Shown here in pieces: positions 26,243-32,000 of a stretch of DNA of 32,000 nucleotides. A program made the translations under genes and the position numbers. The notes beneath the pieces were generated by a model. That model saw nothing but the letters and a program-made list of their open reading frames with translations. It did not search any database and was not told where the DNA came from. Within the stretch, counting starts at the first letter, position 1. Each line of letters begins with the position of its first letter. Source of the stretch: Crocosphaera subtropica ATCC 51142 (GTDB taxonomy: Bacteria > Cyanobacteriota > Cyanobacteriia > Cyanobacteriales > Microcystaceae); the NCBI RefSeq assembly GCF_000017845.1, contig NC_010546.1, positions 390,001 to 422,000 on the forward strand, read 5' to 3'.

Positions 26243-28183
26243 ATGGTGAGGATATGCAGACGGACTCACGGTGAGATGGAATGTAGAGGTACAAGTAGTA
26301 GCAAAATGCCTAAAACAGATTCAAAACAGAAGACTGTGGGATGGGACAAAAACCTTACAAGATTTAAACAGGAAATCGAGACCCAAGATGATTGGGGGAA
26401 AATTAACTGGAAAAATCTAGAAAGGAAAGTCTATAAACTACAAAAGCGCATTTACAAAGCGTCTAGTCGTGGTGATGTCAAGGCAATTCGCAGACTCCAA
26501 AAAACCCTTATAAAATCTTGGTCTGCAAAATGTTTAGCGGTGCGTCGTGTAACCCAGGATAACCAAGGACGAAAGACGGCAGGAGTGGATGGTGTTAAAT
26601 CACTGACCCCAAAGCAACGCTTAACCTTAGTAAACCAATTAAAACTGAGTCCAAAGGTCAAACCGACAAGAAGAGTGTGGATTCCGAAATCGGGAACGGA
26701 CGAGGAAAGACCTTTAGGAATACCGACCATGTATGACCGTGCATTGCAGGGACTTGTCAAGATGGCTCTTGAGCCAGAATGGGAAGCAAGATTTGAACCC
26801 AACTCATATGGGTTTAGAATAGGTCGCTCATGCCACGATGCTATAAACGCAATATTCAAGGCAATTAAATGTAAAAGCAAATTTGTCCTTGATGCTGACA
26901 TCAGCAAATGCTTTGACCGCATCAACCATAAAAAACTGCTAGAAAAATTAAATACCTATCCAACCCTACGGAAACAAATCCGAGCTTGGTTAAAAGCTGG
27001 TGTTATGGATGGAAAAGAACTATTCCCAACATTAGAAGGGACACCTCAAGGTGGGGTGTTAAGCCCATTATTGGCAAATATAGCCCTTCACGGAATGGAA
27101 GAATGTATCAAGGAACTAACAGAAAGTCATAGTATGAAACGTGAAAACGGCAAATACGAAAAACCATTAAAACACAAACGACAATCTGTTAGTCTGATTC
27201 GATATGCAGATGACTTTGTTATCTTACACGAAGATATAACTTTCATCCTAAAGTGTAAGGATAGAATCGCAAAGTGGTTAAATGGCATGGGTTTAGAACT
27301 TAAACCGAGTAAAACCAGACTTACCCACACCTTGAATGACTATGAAGGCGAAAAAGCTGGATTTGATTTCCTGGGGTTTCACATCCAACAATTCAAAGCT
27401 GGAAAATATAGAACAGGGAAAGATACATCTGGTAAACCACTTGGTTTCAAAACAATTATTACTCCATCGCAAAAAAGTCTCAGAAGACATTATGAGAAAA
27501 TAGCAGAAGTAATTCAAAGATATAGGGGAAAATCACAAGTTGTTCTTATTAAACAACTGAACCCAATCATCAGAGGATGGTGTAATTACTTTGCAACAGT
27601 CCAAAGCTCTAAAGCCTTTTCAAAACTGGACGCTCTAATCTTCTGGAAACTCTATAAATGGGGAAAACATCGCCACCACACAAAGACAAAAAGATGGGTT
27701 CTTAATAAATATTGGACACCTATCAATGGCGATAATTGGGTTTTTGCCAAAAAGGGTAACAATCCTCTTAGACTATCCAAACATAGTGAAACCAAAATTC
27801 AAAGTTTCATTAAAGTTCGAGGGGAATCCTCACCCTATGATGGCAATCTAATCTATTGGAGTACAAGAATGGGTAAAAACCCGGAAATGCCCAAGCGAAC
27901 GGCATTCTTGCTCAAAAGGCAAAAAGGGAGATGCGCTCACTGCGGATTGTTCTTTCAAGAAAGAGATGTCATTGAATTAGACCACATCATCCCCAAATCA
28001 AAAGGTGGGGAGGATAAATACCAAAATTGGCAACTCTTACATCGGCACTGTCACGATGAAAAGACTACAAAAGATGGTAGTCTTGGCACTCAATCTGGTT
28101 GCAATAGTACCAAGCCAAAATCACTATTTGAAAATCCAAAAGATTATCTTTGGATTGACGATATGTTGGTGACGACGTTCTAA
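26243..28183 (+). CDS. Group II intron-encoded protein: reverse transcriptase / maturase (X) / HNH endonuclease
   Basis: RT blocks are present: RVWIPKSGTDEERPLGIPTMYDRALQ, SYGFRIGRSCHDAI, LDADISKCFDRINH, GTPQGGVLSPLLANIAL and IRYADDFVIL. The X domain has LNPIIRGWCNYF. The En domain reads CAHCG...LDHIIPKSKGG...HRHCHDEKT. The likely true start is the ATG at 26306 (MPKTDSKQ). Confidence 0.93.
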   Translation: MVRICRRTHGEMECRGTSSSKMPKTDSKQKTVGWDKNLTRFKQEIETQDDWGKINWKNLERKVYKLQKRIYKASSRGDVKAIRRLQKTLIKSWSAKCLAVRRVTQDNQGRKTAGVDGVKSLTPKQRLTLVNQLKLSPKVKPTRRVWIPKSGTDEERPLGIPTMYDRALQGLVKMALEPEWEARFEPNSYGFRIGRSCHDAINAIFKAIKCKSKFVLDADISKCFDRINHKKLLEKLNTYPTLRKQIRAWLKAGVMDGKELFPTLEGTPQGGVLSPLLANIALHGMEECIKELTESHSMKRENGKYEKPLKHKRQSVSLIRYADDFVILHEDITFILKCKDRIAKWLNGMGLELKPSKTRLTHTLNDYEGEKAGFDFLGFHIQQFKAGKYRTGKDTSGKPLGFKTIITPSQKSLRRHYEKIAEVIQRYRGKSQVVLIKQLNPIIRGWCNYFATVQSSKAFSKLDALIFWKLYKWGKHRHHTKTKRWVLNKYWTPINGDNWVFAKKGNNPLRLSKHSETKIQSFIKVRGESSPYDGNLIYWSTRMGKNPEMPKRTAFLLKRQKGRCAHCGLFFQERDVIELDHIIPKSKGGEDKYQNWQLLHRHCHDEKTTKDGSLGTQSGCNSTKPKSLFENPKDYLWIDDMLVTTF

Positions 28184-28206
28184 TGACAAAGCCCATTTTC
28201 ATTGAG

Positions 28207-28240
28207 GAGCGGAATGACAAGAAATTGTCACGTTCCGTTT
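28207..28240 (+). ncRNA. Group II intron domain V (catalytic hairpin)
   Basis: The 34-nt sequence is GAGCGGAATGACAAGAAATTGTCACGTTCCGTTT. It has the AGC triad paired through G.U wobbles, a CG dinucleotide bulge, the distal stem TGACAA/TTGTCA and a GAAA tetraloop. Confidence 0.88.
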
Positions 28241-28397
28241 TGTAGAGCAGTGGAGGGGGCGACTCCTTCGCTGACTTTAATCGTGTTGGTAAGCTTATAA
28301 TTCAACAAGTATACTAACTTTTTTATCTCTAAATATACCTGCTTTCTTTAAACATTGAGAAACTCATGGGCCTTGTTATGTAAATCAGTGGGTTTAT

Positions 28398-29000
28398 TCA
28401 TGTAAACACGGATTTCATTGCTCTAGGATAATGAACTTTACAAGGACTTCCCCAAGCTACCATCGCAGTAGGAATGTCCCGAAAAACACTGCTTCTAGCT
28501 CCGATAACGGCGTTAGAACCAATTTGAACCCCAGGAGCAATAAAACAATCTGTCGCTATCCAGACCCCATTACCAATAATGATAGGTTTAACCACTAAAT
28601 TAAAGGTTGTATCTTGAAAATCGTGGCTTCCTGTACATAAATAACACTTCTGAGAAATAACACTATGAGATCCCATTTTGATGGCTTCTAAACTATAAAA
28701 AACCACATCATCCCCAACCCAACTATAGTCTCCGATGCTAACCTTCCACGGATAGGTAAAACGGGCTGTCGGACGAATAATCACCTTTTTGCCAATTTCT
28801 GCCCCAAAAAGACGTAATAACCAACAACGAAAGTTGTTGGCGTTGTGTAAACTTAGGGGAAAGGCAATGGATTGTACTAACCACCATAGTAATACATACC
28901 AACCAGGACGACCCCGATCATACCAAGATTGGTCATATTGACATAAATCAACCCAAGGCTGATCATCAGTAATGGGAGAAGAATTGGACTCTAATTCCAT
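28398..29000 (-). CDS. Hexapeptide-repeat (LbH) acetyltransferase, WcaF-like polysaccharide O-acetyltransferase
   Basis: A hydrophobic N-terminal segment is followed by left-handed beta-helix repeats (IGDYSWVGDDVVF, IIGNGVWIATDCFIAPGVQIGSNAVIGARSSV). Confidence 0.8.
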   Translation of the reverse strand: MELESNSSPITDDQPWVDLCQYDQSWYDRGRPGWYVLLWWLVQSIAFPLSLHNANNFRCWLLRLFGAEIGKKVIIRPTARFTYPWKVSIGDYSWVGDDVVFYSLEAIKMGSHSVISQKCYLCTGSHDFQDTTFNLVVKPIIIGNGVWIATDCFIAPGVQIGSNAVIGARSSVFRDIPTAMVAWGSPCKVHYPRAMKSVFT

Positions 29001-29004
29001 TATT

Positions 29005-29955
29005 TTATAACTTTACTTTTATGGGTTCTGATGTCGTTTTTGAGTCAGTGGGTTGAGGATTCTTGTTAACATTTAGTTGTCCTCCAAATTGTCGTAATTC
29101 GTAAAGTTTCACCCCGATTTGATATTCATATTGACTTAGCAAACGTCCATAAATATAGCCAGCACGACCATCTAAAAACCCTAAGCGAATGAAATAAAAT
29201 AAAACAAATCTTAGTAAAGGTTTAAAGGGAAGTCTGACCCATATTTTTTTGAGAAAACGTTTCCTTTGAACTGCATCTCCAAATAAATTAGCTCCTATAG
29301 TACCACTGTCATCTTGTCCTGTTAACAAATTATAATAAACTCGTGCTTCCCAATTAGAATAACGATTATGTCTTTGTAACCAATGATATATATCACGGAA
29401 GTCGATATGGAGCATATCTTCTTTAAGATAGCCTACATTTCCTTGTAAGATAACGTGTTCATGAACTTCATTATCCCCTGTGTTGGGAATATCTTCTGTA
29501 TTTAAGTTCTCATAACGTCCTGATTGATGACGAAATAGTCGCAAATTCCAATCAGGATATTTTCCACCATAACGAATCCATTTACCTAAGAAAAAGACTT
29601 TACGATTAAGATAATAACCATTGAAATTATTGTTTTTAATAGCCTCTTCTATTTCGTCCCATAATTCAGGGGTAATACGTTCATCACAATCAACAATTAA
29701 AACCCATTCATTGCGAAAGGGCAAATTCTCTAAAGACCAATTTTTCTTTTTTGGCCAACGTCCATTAAAATGGAATTGAACCACCTTGGCCCCATATTCT
29801 TCGCTAATTTCTATGGAGCGATCGCTACTTTGAGAGTCAACAACAAAGACTTCATCTGCTCTAGCAACACTTTCTAAGCAAGCTGGTAAATTAAGTTCTT
29901 CATTCAAAGCGGGAATGAGGACAGAAACTGGGACTTTAGCAGTCATTTTGAACAT
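29005..29955 (-). CDS. Family 2 glycosyltransferase
   Basis: The GT-A N-terminus VSVLIPALNEE, VVDSQSSD and a DxD-type IVDCDE are present. Only 4 nt separate it from the downstream acetyltransferase gene. Confidence 0.85.
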   Translation of the reverse strand: MFKMTAKVPVSVLIPALNEELNLPACLESVARADEVFVVDSQSSDRSIEISEEYGAKVVQFHFNGRWPKKKNWSLENLPFRNEWVLIVDCDERITPELWDEIEEAIKNNNFNGYYLNRKVFFLGKWIRYGGKYPDWNLRLFRHQSGRYENLNTEDIPNTGDNEVHEHVILQGNVGYLKEDMLHIDFRDIYHWLQRHNRYSNWEARVYYNLLTGQDDSGTIGANLFGDAVQRKRFLKKIWVRLPFKPLLRFVLFYFIRLGFLDGRAGYIYGRLLSQYEYQIGVKLYELRQFGGQLNVNKNPQPTDSKTTSEPIKVKL

Positions 29956-30111
29956 TCGTGTTATGGGTTAATCTTAATCCATATTATAGGGAATAGGAAA
30001 GCATGGGGAGTCTTTAGGAGTCAACAGGGTATAAGCTTTCTAATTATTGTTATATTAAGAAATATAAAGACAAGAGAGTAAAAAAAAAGACACAATTGAA
30101 ACTAAGCATCA

Positions 30112-31647
30112 ATGTTTGACACAAAACAACCCTCTTCTACTACAGAAGAGTCTAACAGGAAAGTTAACAAAATGTCCCAAGAAAAGGAAAAAAAAAGCGG
30201 AATAAGGCGTTGGCCCCTAATTTGGGGTGTTTTAATTTTAATCACAACCACGGGTTCAGGAGTAACTTGGTGGTTAACTCAACAGAGTAATAACAAGTCG
30301 TCATCGGCATTAGCCCAAGCAACTCCCCCTACTTCGGTCAAATTAGACACCCTCAAGCCTGGGGTTGTCAAAAATGTTTCAGACGTGGTGGGAACTCTCG
30401 AAGCGCAAGACGCAGTAATATTAAGGCCAGAAATTCAAGGCCGGATCAACGAAATTTTAGTCAGAGAGGGCGATCTCATCACCAAAGGGCAACAAATCCT
30501 GCAACTTGATAGTAGTGACTGGCAAGCCGAACTCTTGGAGGCACAAGCACAACTGGCCAGCCGAAAAGCCCGTTTAGCGGAATTAGAAGCAGGAAACCGT
30601 GTCGAAGATATACAAGAGGCTAAAGCCCGTCTACGGGAGGCTAAAGCCCGTCTCAGCAATGCTCAAGCCGGCGGGAGTCTAGAAGAAATTGCCCAGGCAG
30701 AAGCCCAAGTTAATGCGGCCCAAGCCAGTGCCGAGTTAGCCCAGCAACGGGTAGCCCGCTACAAAACCCTTGAACAAGAAGGGGCGGTTTCCACCGATGA
30801 GTATCAAGAATACGTCACAGAAGCTCGTAATGCCTCTGCTGAGCTAGAACAAGCCCAACGCCGTTTATCCCAACTCAAAAAGAGTCGTCTGACAGACATT
30901 GATGAGTTACAAGCGGCCGTCGAAAGGGAAGAACAAAACCTGCGAAGATTACAAACTGGCCCCCGTCAAGAAGTCATCGCCCAAGCTAGGGCCGATGTAG
31001 CAGAGGCGATCGCTCAAGTGCGGACGGCTGAGGTAAATGTGAGTAAAACTCGTATTGTTGCCCCTATTTCTGGCATTGTGGGAGATATTCCTGTGGAAGC
31101 CGGGGACTATGTAGGTCAAGGGGATACTTTGACGACGTTAACCCAAAATCATTTTTTAGAACTCAATTTATCTATTCCCCTAGAAGATGCGTCCCGTTTA
31201 CGGTTGGGCTTACCAGTACAAATTATTGATAATCAAGGAAAAGCGATCGCCACAGGAAATATTAGTTTTATTTCTCCCAATGTCACTGCCGACTCTCAAT
31301 TAGTGTTAGCAAAGGCCACCTTTGATGGCAATAATCGCTCCTTATTAAATCGTCAATTTATTCAAGCAAGAATCATCTGGCAACAAGGTCAAGGCTTATT
31401 AATTCCGACTACTGCAGTATCTCGCTTAGGAGGACAAACGTTTGTTTTTGTCGCTCAAGCTAATGACTCCAATAAGGAAGGGGCTGCACCCTTTATTGCA
31501 GAGCAACGACAGGTAGAATTAGGGGAAGTTCAAGGCAATAACTATCAAGTGATTAGTGGATTACAACCCGGAGAAAAAATTGTCACTGCGGGGATTCTAC
31601 AGTTAAAAGATGGTGCGCCGATCCAGGAAGTAAATAATCAAAAATAA
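30112..31647 (+). CDS. RND/HlyD-family efflux periplasmic adaptor (membrane fusion protein) with a long coiled coil
   Basis: An N-terminal TM anchor and a lipoyl-like segment (G.I..ILV.EGD.I.KGQ.ILQLD) are followed by extended Ala/Gln/Glu heptad repeats. Beta-barrel segments follow (APISG.VGDI.V..GDYV). The real start may be the internal MSQEKEKK. Confidence 0.85.
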   Translation: MFDTKQPSSTTEESNRKVNKMSQEKEKKSGIRRWPLIWGVLILITTTGSGVTWWLTQQSNNKSSSALAQATPPTSVKLDTLKPGVVKNVSDVVGTLEAQDAVILRPEIQGRINEILVREGDLITKGQQILQLDSSDWQAELLEAQAQLASRKARLAELEAGNRVEDIQEAKARLREAKARLSNAQAGGSLEEIAQAEAQVNAAQASAELAQQRVARYKTLEQEGAVSTDEYQEYVTEARNASAELEQAQRRLSQLKKSRLTDIDELQAAVEREEQNLRRLQTGPRQEVIAQARADVAEAIAQVRTAEVNVSKTRIVAPISGIVGDIPVEAGDYVGQGDTLTTLTQNHFLELNLSIPLEDASRLRLGLPVQIIDNQGKAIATGNISFISPNVTADSQLVLAKATFDGNNRSLLNRQFIQARIIWQQGQGLLIPTTAVSRLGGQTFVFVAQANDSNKEGAAPFIAEQRQVELGEVQGNNYQVISGLQPGEKIVTAGILQLKDGAPIQEVNNQK

Positions 31648-31676
31648 GTATTGGCAAAACCCTTTCTTAAAAAATT

Positions 31677-32000
31677 ATGAATTTTGTTGATTTTTTTATT
31701 AAACGCCCGGTTTTTTCTTCTGTTTGCGCCCTGCTAATTTTATTAGTGGGATTAATTAGTTTATTAAATTTACCTTTAGATCAATTTCCTGAAATTACTC
31801 CTACCAGGGTTCAAGTAGAATCCACTTATAATGGTGCCAGTGCCGAAGTAGTCGAGAATGCAGTTACTAATATTTTAGAACGGCAAATTAATGGGGTTGA
31901 AGGACTTAGATATATTAGTTCTAGTAGTAGTAATAGCGGAACCAGTAGTATTACTGTTACCTTTGATTCTTCGAGAAACCCTGATTTAGCTTCCGTTGAC
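31677..32000 (+). CDS. RND efflux pump inner-membrane subunit (AcrB/HAE1 family), 3' end cut by the window edge; not in the ORF track
   Basis: Manual translation gives MNFVDFFIKRPVFSSVCALLILLVGLISLLNLPLDQFPEITPTRVQVESTYNGASAEVVENAVTNILERQINGVEGLRYISS..., the canonical AcrB N-terminus. It starts 30 nt after the adaptor gene. Confidence 0.85.
   Translation, partial: MNFVDFFIKRPVFSSVCALLILLVGLISLLNLPLDQFPEITPTRVQVESTYNGASAEVVENAVTNILERQINGVEGLRYISSSSSNSGTSSITVTFDSSRNPDLASVD

Larger units (their letters stand above)
25659..28281 (+). mobile_element. Group II intron (bacterial, IEP with En domain), apparently full length, in intergenic DNA
   Basis: The 5' end is GTGCG and about 580 nt of structured RNA precede the ORF in domain IV. 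Domain V is canonical (28207-28240). My domain VI fold puts the bulged A at 28274, 7 nt from a ...AAT 3' end. The 3' boundary estimate is accurate to a few nt. Confidence 0.88.

Noticed and set aside
26243-26305. The first 21 codons of the intron ORF (MVRICRRTHGEMECRGTSSSK).
   Set aside because: They lie in structured domain IV RNA upstream of the conserved N-terminus. The ATG at 26306 (MPKTDSKQ...) fits typical intron-encoded proteins better. The ORF-track coordinates are kept in the feature with this caveat.
25865-27517. Minus-strand ORFs inside the group II intron (25865-26158, 26452-26925, 27127-27330, 27293-27517).
   Set aside because: They are antisense to the intron ribozyme domains and to the RT ORF, and they have no motifs. 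They are shadow ORFs.
1-32000. CRISPR arrays, rRNA genes, prophage or integrase genes, IS transposases and toxin-antitoxin pairs.
   Set aside because: I saw no regularly spaced direct repeats and no rRNA-like conserved blocks. No integrase, transposase or recognisable TA or defence-system protein motifs appear in any of the listed ORFs. The only mobile element recognised is the group II intron.

Overview
This window is a cyanobacterial chromosome segment. The evidence is abundant HIP1 octamers (GCGATCGC), the photosystem genes psbT and psaK, and a trnL(UAA) gene split by the classic group I intron. Moderate-to-low GC suggests a unicellular Cyanothece/Crocosphaera-like genome, but that taxonomic guess is inference only. 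All calls come from motif recognition in the supplied translations and from reading the DNA; no searches were run.

Most of the window is housekeeping:
- Ion transport and nucleotide metabolism: dCMP deaminase (5' truncated), a P-type cation ATPase, KtrB/KtrA-type K+ uptake, NrdR.
- Photosynthesis: an unlisted 31-aa psbT, and psaK.
- Metabolism: DUF2288, a GH13 amylase-family enzyme, a C-N hydrolase, fumC, purU, a beta-hydroxyacid dehydrogenase.
- Envelope and transport: a LivJ/NatB-like binding protein, murA, a MurT-like ligase, an MscS-family channel, an acetyltransferase plus GT2 glycosyltransferase pair, and an RND efflux adaptor plus pump (3' truncated).
- RNA-related genes: tRNA-Ser(GCU), tRNA-Leu(CAG), a TrmH-family methyltransferase.
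- Other: a small HNH endonuclease.

The non-ordinary content is as follows:
1. A ribozyme/retroelement cluster at 24.8-28.3 kb. It holds a roughly 250-nt unassigned structured non-coding segment, then trnL(UAA) with a 229-nt group I intron, then an apparently intact 2.6-kb group II intron 54 nt further downstream. The group II intron encodes an RT/maturase/HNH protein.
2. A strongly AT-rich two-gene module at 10.8-12.4 kb: an HTTM-domain membrane protein plus a membrane-anchored partner, abutting fumC.
3. An AT-rich orphan membrane protein at 21.1-22.4 kb, translationally overlapped with the upstream dehydrogenase.
4. A MurT homologue with no adjacent GatD.

I found no CRISPR array, rRNA or prophage. 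I cannot name any complete novel system with confidence; the findings list the candidates in window order, each with its own interest score.
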